Shown: one piece after another, positions 12,319 through 23,849 of the stretch
Numbering within the stretch: position 1 is the first letter of the stretch
How the letters are laid out: the number at the start of each line of letters is the position of its first letter
NCBI RefSeq assembly: GCF_964213995.1
Contig: NW_027590138.1
Coordinates: 1,054,001 to 1,118,000, forward strand
Length of the DNA stretch: 64,000 nucleotides
Reading direction: 5' to 3'
Source: Mustelus asterias
Lineage: Eukaryota
The notes under the pieces: model-generated
The model's input: the letters and a program-made list of their open reading frames with translations, nothing else
Told to the model about the DNA's origin: nothing
Database searches by the model: none
Made by a program: the position numbers and the translations under genes

Positions 12319-13859
12319 GAAGGGAGTTTGCCGCAAATTTCGGGTGATAACAATGGGCTGGATGTTGCTCAGAATGTGGAGCACTGCAGCAAAGTACAGA
12401 GAGACAGAGCAGCAAACTGGACTGAGAAATGGAGTCTGCAGACTGGAACTGGCAGCATGAGGAGAGGTTATTTAGTCTAACACTCACAGCAATCTACAAC
12501 CCACCCCCATTACCGAGACAGTGAGACAGAGATTACAAACACTCACCAACACAGCTCCACTGAAACGTCCCAGGAAAAAGGGGGAATCTGTGGCAGTTCC
12601 TGTCCTGATATAGCCCCAGGACTGTCACTCAAACCCCCAACCCGGCCCAGTTCACAGCTCAGCCTCTCAGCTTGCAGCTTCCTGCACCTTGAGCCAACCC
12701 TGTCCAGGTGTGGGAGGGATGTGGAACCACAGAGTGGGGGGAGGGGTGACCTCCTGCTGTGTCCCAAATAGTTTCTCCTTCCCCTCCCCCTTGGCGCTCT
12801 AAGGTCTGAATGTGGATGTGTTGATGGACATTGCAGAGCCTCACTGAGCTGCGCCTGTCCCTTATCCTGGGTCACCCCCTCCCCCTGGGTTCAGTGTGTT
12901 CAGTTCCCTGCTTCTTTCCCTGCTGAGCTGAACCTTCAGTTCATCAAAAACAGAAAGTGCTGGAAAACCTCAGCAGGTCTGACAGCATCTGTGATCATCC
13001 AGACTGGAAGCATTAACTCTGTTCTCTCTCCACAGATGCTGTCAGACCTGCTGAGATTTTCCAGCATTTTCTGTTTCTGTTTCAGATTCCAGCACCCGCA
13101 GTATTTTGCTTTTATCTTCATTTAAACAAGCATTCTTTGACGGCCTTTACCCCCATTGCTCCTTTCCAGAGCTTCCCACCTTCTGCTATTGCCCCTGACT
13201 CCCACATTAACCCTGTCATTCCTCCCCTTTACCCCGCTCACCCTGTCTAAACTCAGGCTCAGAGTTTTACCGCCATCTCCCCCTCCCCCAGCCTCCACAT
13301 CCCAACACCCGGAATCTCTAACCCAGCGGTTCCAGTTTGTCTGGTTTGAGTTCAGATTTGCCGCAGCACCGACAGGATTTCACTTCAAACCAGCCGGGAC
13401 TGACTGCTCACAAATCCCTAAATGTTTCTCCAGCAGCCCGGACTTGTTAGTGTTGTTTAAAGTCAGCGCCCAAATGCAGTTACTTTCCTCAGTTTAAAAA
13501 ACTTCTCCGTTTAATCTAAAGTATTATTCGCACCAGACGCAAACACAAAATTGTGAACGTTACCCCCCCCCCCCCCCCAGACCCGAGCTGGGGTGTCCTG
13601 AGTAAGAGACATCTGTTCCAGGTGTGACAAGTCTTACACATTCTCTGGTTGGAAATATTCATGAATGAAAGCAAGTTGCTGCTTTTGTCAAAAGGGTCAC
13701 CTGAATTCGAAACCTCAGCTCTTTTTGTCTCCTTACAGATGCTGCCAGACCTGCTGAGATTTTCCAGCGTTTTCTCTTTTGGCTGGAAATGCTCAACAAG
13801 TCAGGCAGCCTCTGTGGAGAGAGAAACAGACTGAATGTGACCTGTCATCGGAACTGGGA

Positions 13860-14310
13860 AATATAATATTATTTCTCGCAACTGAAAGAGACACTTTACA
13901 GCCTTCAGAACAAAACTGAGCTCAACAATTTTACACCACAATCTCTGCCCCCATTGTGTTCTGTGTTTCGTTGCTGCTTTTTTCACCTCATTTCCCACTT
14001 GTTTTCTTTACATTCAGACTATCGCTCACCAGCTATTCACACCTCACCCAGAACATCTTTTGTGTCTTTACTTGTTCAATTACCACTCGTTTTGGTCTTG
14101 GGCCGTGAAACATTTGTCAGTTTGCAGATCTTTCATTTTGTCTCCTCCCTCTCTCAATTCTTCAGAGGTCAGTATTTGACAAAGGGTCATCTGGACTCGA
14201 AACGTCAGCACTTTTCTCTCCTGACAGATGCTGCCAGACCTGCTGAGATTTTCCAGCATTTTCTCTCTTGGTTTCAGATTCCAGCATTCACAGTAATTTG
14301 CTTTTATCCT
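13860..14310 (+). mobile_element. Second Penelope-like family 3' terminus
   Basis: TTGACAAAGGGTCATCTGGACTCGAAACGTCAG..CAGATGCTGCCAGACCTGCTGAGATTTTCCAGC terminal module, repeated many times in the window. Confidence 0.55.
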
Positions 14311-14879
14311 GATTTTCTCTGTGTGGCTCTGGAGAGCGCATTGGACTTGAGACATTAGGGACAGAGAGAACGAGATTTTTCTCTCTCTCTCTCAGAGGGT
14401 CTTTGGTCTGTGGAATTCTCTTCCCCAGAGAGCAGTGGAGACAGAGTCATTGAATATTGTTAAGGCTGAATAAATGGCTTCCTGATTGACAAGAGAGTCA
14501 GAGGGTCTGGGGGTGGGGGGGGGGGGGGGGGGGGTGCGGGGAGCGGGGTGGTTGGTGGGTGGCGGGGGACAGAAAACTGGAGTTCTGGCCACAATCAGAT
14601 CAGTTGGGATCTTGTCAAATGCTGCAGCAGAGGGGCCCAATGGTCCACTGCTGCTCCTCATTCATATGGATGTTTGGCTATATGTTTCACTCTGTTTCTG
14701 CCTTCATAGAAGCTGCTGGGCCTGTTGACTATTTGTGGCATTGACTGTTTTATTTCAGATTTTAAGACTCTGTAACATATCACTGTGTAATCCAACAATT
14801 AATCCCGTTCCCCTGGATTTCTACTCTGTAACATGTCACTGTGTAAACCAACAATTAATCCAGTTCCCTGGATTACTGC

Positions 14880-15197
14880 ACTGTGACATAGTGGTTAGCA
14901 CCGCTGCCTCACAGCGCCAGGGACCCGGGTTCGATTCAAGTTTCAGGTCACTGTCTGTGTTCAGTTTGCACATTCTCCCCGTGTCTGCGTGGGTTCCCTC
15001 TGGATGCTCCAGTTTCCTCCCACAGTCCAAAGATGGGCGGATTATGTGGATTGGCTATGCTAAATTGCCCCTTAGTGTCAGGGGGACTAGCTAGGGTAAA
15101 TGCATTGCGTTAAGGGGATTGGGCCTGGATAGGATTGTGGTCAGTGCAGACTCAATGGGCCGAATGGCCTCCTTCTGACTGTTGGATTCTATGATTT
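14880..15197 (+). mobile_element. SINE
   Basis: Head, core and CR1-like tail. Confidence 0.85.
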
Positions 15198-15697
15198 TAG
15201 TTAGAAGTCTCACAACACCGGGTTAAAATCCAACAGGTTTATTTGGTATCATGAGCTTTCAGGGTGCTGCTCCCTCATCAGGTAAGTCAATCGCCCATTA
15301 TTCTAGATGCAAACAAACTCACAGATGCACACATACATTCGCAGACACGCATATATGGGGCTAAAGGGATATGGGAGGAAGGAAGGGATCAGGATATTGA
15401 ATTCGATGATCGGCCATGGTCAAGGTGGATGGTGGGGCAGGCTCGAAGGGACACATGGCCTACCCCTGCTTCTAGTTTCTATCTGTTTATGTGAACACGC
15501 CCACCCACGCACACACACACGCACACAGTTGATGTCAGTCTCAGTCTAATCCACTAGCTGGGCACCAAAATAATAACAGAAGCCAATCTGAAACTCAGTG
15601 TGTGTGTTTTATTGTGAAATGAGATAATGTATAAATACATCCCCATAGCTCCGGGTGGGAGTGGAATTGATGATTTCTTGACTGTCTGTCTGCATGG

Positions 15698-15960
15698 TTG
15701 CCTCATAGCGCCAGGGACCCGGGTTCAATTCTCGGCTTGGGTCACTGTCTGTGCAGAGTCTGCACGTTCTCCCCGTGTCTGTGTGGGTTCCCTCCGGGTG
15801 CTCCGGTTTCCTCCCACAGTCTGAAAGATGCGCTGTTTAGGTGCATTGACCTGAACAGGTGCCGGACTGTGGTGACTAGGGGAATTTCACAGTAACTTCA
15901 TTGCAGTGTTAATGTAAGCCTTAATGTGACTAATAAATAAATTTAACTTTTAACTTTAAT
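15698..15960 (+). mobile_element. SINE with alternative 3' tail
   Basis: SINE core followed by GACTAGGGGAATTTCACAGTAACTTCATTGCAG..AATAAA. Confidence 0.75.
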
Positions 15961-15969
15961 TTTGTGATC

Positions 15970-16297
15970 TCATAGAATTGTAGAATCTTACAGTGCAGAA
16001 GGCGGCCATTCAGCCCATCGAGTCTGCACCAACCACAATCCCACCCAGGCGCTACCCCCGTAACTCCACATATTTAACTTGCTAATCCTCCTGACACTAG
16101 GGTCAATTTTGCATGGCCAGCCAACCTAAGCAGCACATCTTTGGACTGTGGGAGGAAACCGGAGCACCCGGAGGAAACCACGGAGACACAGGGAGAATGT
16201 GCAGACTCTGCACAGACAGTGACCCAAGCCAGGAATTGAACTCAGGTCCCTGGCGCTGTGAGGCAGTAGTGCTAACCACTGTGCCACCATGCCGCCC
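15970..16297 (-). mobile_element. SINE
   Basis: Full reverse-complement SINE. Confidence 0.85.
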
Positions 16298-16765
16298 TTA
16301 TCTCCTTGAACAAATAGTAAATTGTAGAGATTATAAAGTTTGAATTGTAATATCTAATGGTGTAAAGTATCTGGGAGCAGAGTGGATGTGGTAAAGGCTG
16401 GAATACAGACTGTGGGAATGAGGGTGAAACTGCTGTGCTCAGTGAATGATTCTTATTGGAGGGAGGGATGGGAGGAGGGAGGAAGGGATGGATGATGAGA
16501 GGGAGGGATGGAGAAGGGAGGGAGAGTGAGGTGGACGGAGGGAGAGAGGGATGAATGGGGGTGAATGTGAGAAGCTGAAGTTTACATTTGAAGAGGTTCC
16601 CAGTCTCTCTGATCAGCTGAACTGGGGAAGCTTTTGCGCAGACTGCACTGCTGCTGTTTCCACTCCTGTCCTGATGTGGAGATGCCGGCGTTGGACTGGG
16701 GTAAGCACAGTAAGAAGTCTCACAACACCAGGTTAAAGTCCAACAGGTTTATTTGGTAGCAAATA

Positions 16766-16802
16766 CCATAAGCTTTCGGAGCAGAGCTCCTTCATCAGAT
16801 GG
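16766..16802 (-). ncRNA. Minimal hammerhead ribozyme motif
   Basis: CCAT-CTGATGA-A-GGAGC-TCT-GCTCC-GAAAGCTT-ATGG. Confidence 0.75.
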
Positions 16803-17136
16803 AGTGGATATCTGTTCTCAAACAGTGCGAACAGACACAGAAATCAAATTACAGAATACTGATTAGAATGCAAATCTCTACAGCCAGCCAGGTCTTAAAT
16901 GTACAGACAATGTGGGTGGAGGGAGCATTCAACACAGGTTAAAGAGATGTGTATTGTCTCCAGACAGAACAGCTTGTGGAATTCTGCAAGTCCAGGAGGC
17001 AAACTGTGGGGGTTACTGATAATGTGACATAATAATGTGACACAATAATGATAATGTGACATTAGAATTGCATTCTAATCAGTATTCTGTAATTTGATTT
17101 CTGTGTCTGTGCACTGTTTGAGAACAGATATCCACT

Positions 17137-17173
17137 CCATCTGACGAAGGAGCTCTGCTCCGAAAGCTTATGG
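17137..17173 (+). ncRNA. Minimal hammerhead ribozyme motif
   Basis: CCAT-CTGACGA-A-GGAGC-TCT-GCTCC-GAAAGCTT-ATGG. Confidence 0.75.
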
Positions 17174-17384
17174 TATTTGCTACCAAATAAACCTGTTGGA
17201 CTTTTACCTGGTGTTGTGAGACTTCTTACTGTGTCCACTCCTGTCCACCAGGGGTCGCTGTAGGCCTCCCAGTTGCTGCTCCTCCCAGTGCCACCACTTG
17301 CCCACTCCAGCCCCTCCAGTACACCTCACTGGAGCCCCGGGCCATTCTTGCCATCCTGCCAGGTCTCGGGTACTGAGGCCAACA

Positions 17385-17687
17385 GTAAAGTTTATTTATG
17401 AGTCACAATAAGGTTTACATTCACACTGTAATGAAGTTACTGTGAAAATCCCCTGGTCGCCACACTCTGGCACCTGTTCGGGTACACTGAGGGAGAATTC
17501 AGTTTGGCCAATGCACCCTAACCAGTACATCTTTTGGACTGTGGGAGGAAACCGGAGCACCCGGAGGAAATCCACACAGACACGGGGAAAATGTTCAAAC
17601 TCCACACAGTGACCCAAGCCGGGAATCAAATCCAAATCCCTGGCGCTGTGAGGCAGCAGTGCTAACCACTGTGCCACTGTACCACCC
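17385..17687 (-). mobile_element. SINE with alternative 3' tail
   Basis: Reverse complement of the 15698-15960 type. Confidence 0.8.
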
Positions 17688-18153
17688 AGTGCTCGAAGGT
17701 TAAGTTTCTTCTGCAAACCTAAGACGATTCAGTGTCACATCAGGACGGGGAAAAAGGAGTCCATTGGCTTCAGATGGATAATGGTAAAAGTTAATATCCC
17801 AATTTATTCACTTTATTCCTTCAAGCTGAGGTTTACAAAGTGAAAATTCCGCTGTTTATAGCAGTGACTAAATAAACAATGACACTCATCCTATATTTAA
17901 ATTAGTCTGTAATACACCTCAATTTCACACAGGTTAACATTTTTCAAGCATTTGGAACCCCAAATGTCTGCTGATGTGTCATCCAGAGCTGTTTTCCTGG
18001 CAGTTTGTGTCAGTAGTAGGCTGCCGTTACCATCCACTCTTGGGCAGGGTGAGGAGACAGCTCCGACACCGACCTCAGCTGGAATGGGAATTGAACCATA
18101 CATTAGTTCATCCATACATTGATGAACCATACATTAGAACCATACATTAGTTA

Positions 18154-18497
18154 TGGGGCGGCACGGTAGCACAGTGGTTAGCACTGCTGCTTCACAGCTC
18201 CAGGTACCTGGGTTCAAATCCCGGCTCGGGTCGCTGTCTGTGTGGAGTTTGCACATTCTCCCTGTGTCTGCGTGGGTTTCCTCCAGGTGCTCCAATTTCC
18301 TCCCACAGTCCAAAGATGTGCAGGCTAGGTTGATTGGCCATTCTAAATTGCCCCTTAGTGTCCCGGGATGCATAGGTTAGAGGGGTGAGTGGGTAAATAT
18401 GTAGGGATATGTGGATAGGGCCAGGGTGGGATTGTGGTTGGTGCAGACTCGATGGGCCGAATGGCCTCTTTCTGCACTGTAGGATTCTATGATTCTA
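18154..18497 (+). mobile_element. Full-length SINE
   Basis: Head, core and tail GATTCTATGATTCTA. Confidence 0.9.
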
Positions 18498-18716
18498 TTA
18501 GTCCGCATGGCCAGAAATGCTGCAGGAATTGCAAAGGGGTTGCACAGAGGTCCAGAATTAGAAGAGGGGGTTGTGGAGATGGAGGAAGCGTCTGCAAGAC
18601 ATGAGGACATTTTGGATTATCTCAAAATTACAGAATGTGGGAGACCAGTCAGGAATGTGTTGAAATTGTCAAGTCTGGCGGTAATGTGTGGATGTGGGAT
18701 TCAGCAGCAGATGAAG

Positions 18717-19020
18717 GGCTGCACGGTGGAACAGTGGTTAGCACTGCTGCCTGACAGCAGTGGGTTTCTGTGTGGAGTTTGCACGTTCTCCCTGTGTCTG
18801 AGTTTCCCCTGGGTGCTTCCGTTTCCTCCTTCATTCCAAAGATGTGCAGATTAGGTGGATTGGCCATGTTAAATTATCCGTTAGCATCCAAAGATGTGTA
18901 GGTTAGGGGGGGTTAGCAGGGTAAATGCACAAGGGTGCAGGGCCCATCGAGTCTGCACCGACTCTCCAACAGAGCATCTTACCCAGGCCCTATCCCAGTA
19001 GCCCCACATATTTATCCCGC
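18717..19020 (+). mobile_element. Degenerate SINE plus inverted SINE tail fragment
   Basis: GGGCTGCACGGTGGAACAGTGGTTAGC head. Confidence 0.6.
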
Positions 19021-19510
19021 TATTCCACTGTGTTACTTATTCATTACAATAGGGACCAGAGTCTGAGGTTATAAATGGGTGAGTTTACTCCAATAGTAAT
19101 TCTTTCGACACCTGACAAGTTTACAGCTATTAACATCCTGCCTATCAAATAGCTCCAGCCTACATATGAGGTTACCAACATTCAGAGCTTTCACATCCTT
19201 ATCCTGAAGTTACAAAACAGACTTTAGTCATCGGCCTTGCTGATACATCGGCACATTCACACAGGGGTGGATTGGACTGTGATCTGTTTATTATTCATCT
19301 TTAGTTCAATACAGTTTCTGAGTGATTTAAATTTAAAACAAGGTCTGCAGGCGTGAAGATTTATTGACACATGAATGAGAGATGCTGTGGGGTATTCTAC
19401 AAGTCCAACAGGGCTGATTTACATCAGAAAAACTCCAACTATCAGTATAAACATTATTTAGTTGGGATGTAATTAACAGCAGCAATAACAGCAGAATCAC
19501 ACCCCTGTGA

Positions 19511-20232
19511 TCACTGGTGAACCCGCTGGTGTCTCACCAGGTTGTATGACTGGATGAATCTCTTTCCACACTTTGAACAAGTGAATGGCTTCTCCTCACT
19601 GTGAACTTGTTGGTGTCTCAGCAGAATGGATGACCGGGTGAATCCTTTCCCACACTCAGTGCAGGTGAACGGTTTGTCCTCAGAGTGATTTCGCTGGTGT
19701 GCGAGCAGAAGTTTTCTGCTTTTAAAGCTCTTCTCACAGTCAGAACATCTGAACGGTCTCTCATTTGTGTGAACAAGTTGGTGTGAAGTGAGAGAGGATA
19801 AACAAGTGAATCCCTTCCCGCACATAGGGCAGGTGAACGGCCTCTCCCCAGTGTGAAATCGCTGGTGTACAGTGAGGTCGCCTGATCGCCTGAAGCCAGT
19901 CCCGCAGTGAGAACACATGAATGGTCTCTCGTCAGAGTGAACACGTTGATGGTGACGCAGTTCCTCAGAACTTTTATAGTCCTTCCCGCAGTCTGGACAT
20001 TTAAACGATCTCTCTTCACTGTGAACTCATTGGTGTTTCTGCAGGTTGGATGATCGGTTAAATCCCTTCCCACATTCAGAGCAGGTGAATGGCCTCTCTC
20101 CAGTGTGAATGCGCTCATGTGCCACAAGATGGAATGATGTCCTGAACCCCTTCTGGCAGTGGGAGCAGCTGAACGGTGTGGAACCGTTGTGAATGTACTG
20201 GTGCTCCCGCAGTGTGCGTGGAGTTTTAAAAC
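19511..20232 (-). pseudogene. C2H2 zinc-finger pseudogene (ZNF-D), 5' end replaced by a minisatellite
   Basis: Fingers run to ~20232; in-frame TGA at 20027-20029. Confidence 0.8.
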
Positions 20233-21063
20233 TCTGTGTGTGTGAAGTTTGAGACTGTGGTGAAGTTTGAGTCTGTGGTGAAGTTTGAGTCTGTGTGTGA
20301 AGTTTGAGTCTGTGTGAAGTTGGAGTCTGTGTGTGAAGTTTGAGTCTGTGTGTGAAGTTTGAGTCTGTGGTGAAGTTTGAGTCTGTGGTGAAGTTTGAGT
20401 CTGTGTGTGAAGTTTGAGTCTGTGGTGAAGTTTGAGTCTGTGTGTGAAGTTTGAGTCTGTGTGTGAAGTTTGAGTCTGTGTGTGAAGTTTGAGTCTGTGT
20501 GTGAAGTTTGAGTGTGTGGTGAAGTTTGAGTGTGTGGTGAAGTTTGAGTCTGTGGTGAAGTTTGAGTCTGTGGTGAAGTTTGAGTTTGTGTGTGAAGTTT
20601 GAGTCTGTGGTGAAGTTTGAGTCTGTGTGTGAAGTTTGAGTCTGTGTGTGAAGTTTGAGTCTGTGTGTGAAGTTGGAGTCTGTGTGTGAAGTTTGAGTCT
20701 GTGTGTGAAGTTTGAGTCTGTGTGTGAAGTTTGAGTCTGTGTGTGAAGTTTGAGTGTGTGGTGAAGTTTGAGTCTGTGGTGAAGTTTGAGTCTGTGTGTG
20801 AAGTTTGAGTCTGTGTGTGAAGTTTGAGTCTGTGGTGAAGTTTGAGTCTGTGGTGAAGTTGGAGTCTGTGTGTGAAGTTTGAGTCTGTGTGTGAAGTTTG
20901 AGTCTGTGTGTGAAGTTTGAGTGTGTGTGTGAAGTTTGAGTCTGTGGTGAAGTTGGAGTCTGTGTGTGAAGTTTGAGTCTGTGTGTGAAGTTTGAGTCTG
21001 TGGTGAAGTTTGAGTCTGTGTGTGAAGTTTGAGTCTGTGGTGAAGTTTGAGTCTGTGGTGAAG
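20233..21063. repeat. 19/20-bp minisatellite (GTGAAGTTTGAGTCTGTG[T/G])n
   Basis: About 40 tandem near-identical units. Confidence 0.95.
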
Positions 21064-21169
21064 CTACAAACAGAAGCTGTTCTGTTTCAAATCAAACTGC
21101 GGGACTTGGAAGAAAATGATGGGAAGAGATTTTGCAAAGTCCCCTCCCCCACTCCCTCAGCTGGCAGCC

Positions 21170-21560
21170 CAGCACGCAGGCGCAGAGAGCGCTGCTGAGC
21201 CCAGCTGTCCGGAGCAGGCGCAGTGCGGCTGCCGCCAGCTGTCGCTCTCGATCTCTTTTTGGAGCAGCAGCCGCCGGAGAGAGAGGGGGGAGGGGGAGAT
21301 CACCGAGCGGCTTCTCGCTCTGGCTGGAGCCGCCAGACGGTTGCCTGGAAACCTTGGCTCGATGAGGTGCAGGGGAGGGGAACAATGGATGGGGGCGGGG
21401 CTCCCGGGTTTGCGCGCCCGGGCCTGCGCGCCCGAGCCTGCTCACTGGAACCCAGAGACGTCACCGCGGAGCAGAGTGATTCCTATTGGCTGATTCAGGC
21501 AGGGCTCCATTGTGATGTCACAATGCGGAAGTTGGCCAATGAGCTTCAGAGTGAAACTTC
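21170..21560 (+). promoter_or_regulatory. CpG-rich promoter module of ZNF-E
   Basis: GC box GGGGCGGGG, ATTGG/CCAAT boxes, GACGTCA; paralogous to 39990-40260. Confidence 0.6.
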
Positions 21561-22314
21561 CTCCTCTGTGTTTCCCCCTTTCCATTTCTTTTCTCATTCT
21601 GGGGGAAATTGCTGACTTGCAGCAACTGAAGGGAAAGGAAGTGAATCCAGTCTGTATATTCTATACATTTTTAGTTCAGTCGTTTCGACATATATCTGTC
21701 TGGCAGCCTGCATGGAGATTTTCAGCTCTCTGTGTCCAGGACAGGAAGCAGTGAGCATGGATCTGTCAATCAGCCTCAATCAGCACCTTCAGGAGAATTG
21801 GGAGGGTGAATATTAGATACAGCAGAGTGAGAATGGAGGGAGAGTGTGTGGGATGGAGATTTACAGCTTTTGGGGAATAAGCGAGGAAAGAATGCGTTAT
21901 AGAAACTAAAATGATGTGTTCTGAATTTCTATCTTATACTAACTGTGATGTCTGTTGTAAATTTATATTACAGGCTATCAGGAGGTGAGGATTTACAGTC
22001 AAAAATCTCAAGCCAAACGTCATGTCACGAACTGACAAAGTCACTCAATTTGATAGAACCTGAATATCATCTACCTTTGAATCTCTGTTCTGTCATCTTC
22101 AAAAGATTTTAAGCATGAGTGAGAGTGGAAAAGCACTGAAACATGCCCACACCCAAGTGAGCGCATTCCAGTGTAATGACTGTGGAAAGAGCTTTAACCA
22201 GTTACACAGCCTGAAAATACATCGCAGCATTCACAGCGGGGAGAGACTGAACGTGTGTTCTGTGTGAGATTTAACTGATTGTTTAACCTGGAGAGTTACA
22301 AGGACACCCGCACC

Positions 22315-23577
22315 ATGGAGAAACCGTGGAAATGTGGAGACTGTGGGAAGGGATTCATATCCCCATCTCAGCTGGAAATTCATCAACGCAGTCACACTGG
22401 GGAGAGGCCATTCACCTGCTTTGTGTGTGGGAAGCGATTCACTCACTTACCTAATCTGCAGAGACACCAACGAGTTCACACAGGGGAGAGGCCATTCAGG
22501 TGCTCTGACTGTGGGAAGGGATTCGCTCATTTATCCAGCCTATGTGCACACAAAGTCACTCACACCCAGGAGAGACCCTTTAAATGCTCTGACTGTGGGA
22601 GCAGATTCAAAAGCTCTGGTGAACTGGTATCCCACCAGCGCATTCACACTGAGGAGAGACCGTTCAGCTGCTCTCACTGCACAAAGAGGTTTAAAATGTC
22701 ATCCAAACTGCGGATACACCAACGAATTCACACTGGGGAGAGACCATTTACCTGCTCTGTGTGTGAGAAGGAATTCACTCATTTATCCAGTCTGCGCGCA
22801 CACAAAGTCACTCACAGCAATGAGAGACCCTTTAAATGCTCCAACTGTGGGAACAGCTTCAAACTCGCTGGAGATCTGAAGTCCCACCAGCGCAGTCACA
22901 CTGAGGAGAGACCGTTCAGCTGCTCTCACTGCACAAAGAGGTTTAGAAATTCATCCGACCTGCTAACGCACCAGCGAGTTCACACCGGGGAGAAACCATT
23001 CACCTGCTCTGTGTGTGGGAAGGGATTCATTCATTCATCCCACCTGCTGAGACACAAGTTCACTCACACCAATGTGAGACCCTTTAAATGTTCTGACTGT
23101 GGGAGTGGCTTCAAAAGCTCTCGGGAACTGATAATCCACCAGCGCATTCACACTGAGGAGAGACCGTTCAGCTGCTCTGTCTGCACAAAGAGATTTAGAA
23201 TGTCATACAACCTGCGGAAACACCAGGCAGTTCACACCGGGGAGAGGCCATTCACCTGCTCCGGGTGTGGGAAGGGATACATTCAGTTATCCAGCCTGCT
23301 GAGACACAATGTCACTCACACGCAGGATAGATCCTTTAAATGTTCTGACTGTGGAAGTGGCTTCGAAAGCTCTGGAGAACTGGTGTCCCACCAGCGCATT
23401 CACACTGAGGAGAGACCGTTCAGCTGCTCTCACTGCTCAAAGAGATTTAAAACATCGTTCACACTGCGGGTACACCAGCGAGTTCACACAGGGGAGAGGC
23501 CATTCACCTGCTGTGTGTGTGGGAATGCATTCACTCAGTTATCCCACCTACAGAGACACCAGCGAGTTCACAAGTGA
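22315..23577 (+). CDS. C2H2 zinc-finger protein, 15 fingers (ZNF-E)
   Basis: Open ORF from MEKPWKC. Confidence 0.9.
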   Translation: MEKPWKCGDCGKGFISPSQLEIHQRSHTGERPFTCFVCGKRFTHLPNLQRHQRVHTGERPFRCSDCGKGFAHLSSLCAHKVTHTQERPFKCSDCGSRFKSSGELVSHQRIHTEERPFSCSHCTKRFKMSSKLRIHQRIHTGERPFTCSVCEKEFTHLSSLRAHKVTHSNERPFKCSNCGNSFKLAGDLKSHQRSHTEERPFSCSHCTKRFRNSSDLLTHQRVHTGEKPFTCSVCGKGFIHSSHLLRHKFTHTNVRPFKCSDCGSGFKSSRELIIHQRIHTEERPFSCSVCTKRFRMSYNLRKHQAVHTGERPFTCSGCGKGYIQLSSLLRHNVTHTQDRSFKCSDCGSGFESSGELVSHQRIHTEERPFSCSHCSKRFKTSFTLRVHQRVHTGERPFTCCVCGNAFTQLSHLQRHQRVHK

Positions 23578-23849
23578 TGACAGGGGTTGGATTCTGCTGT
23601 TATTGCTGCTGTTAGTCACATCCAGGACTGAACCATGTTCATTCGGACAGTTGGTGAAGTGGGAGGGTTGGAGGGTTTCTTTCTGCTGGACTGGCCAGTC
23701 TCACAACTTTGCCTCCAGTGGGCTGATGCTCTTTGAACCTGGGAGAGCACATTTCCACTGAAATGATCCACAAAACTAATGAAGGACATTTATTTTATCC
23801 TTGATCATAAATAGTGTTTTTTCCTACGACTACTGGTCGATCTAAAATA

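Larger units (their letters stand above)
10665..13665 (-). repeat. Right arm of the inverted segmental duplication
   Basis: Reverse-complement match to 69-3880 with different TE inserts. Confidence 0.9.
16672..17233. mobile_element. Non-autonomous palindromic Penelope-derived element with two hammerhead motifs and a 13-bp TSD
   Basis: Inverted arms ~16705-16873 and ~17067-17233; TCCACTCCTGTCC at 16659-16671 and 17234-17246. Confidence 0.85.

Noticed and set aside
17170-18190. CACAGTG/CACTGTG heptamers in SINE heads as cryptic RSS
   Set aside because: Part of the SINE box-A region, with no nonamer at 12 or 23 nt.
20233-21063. CRISPR-like appearance of the short repeat arrays (also 41640, 48219, 59677)
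   Set aside because: Head-to-tail repeats without unique spacers, in eukaryotic DNA.
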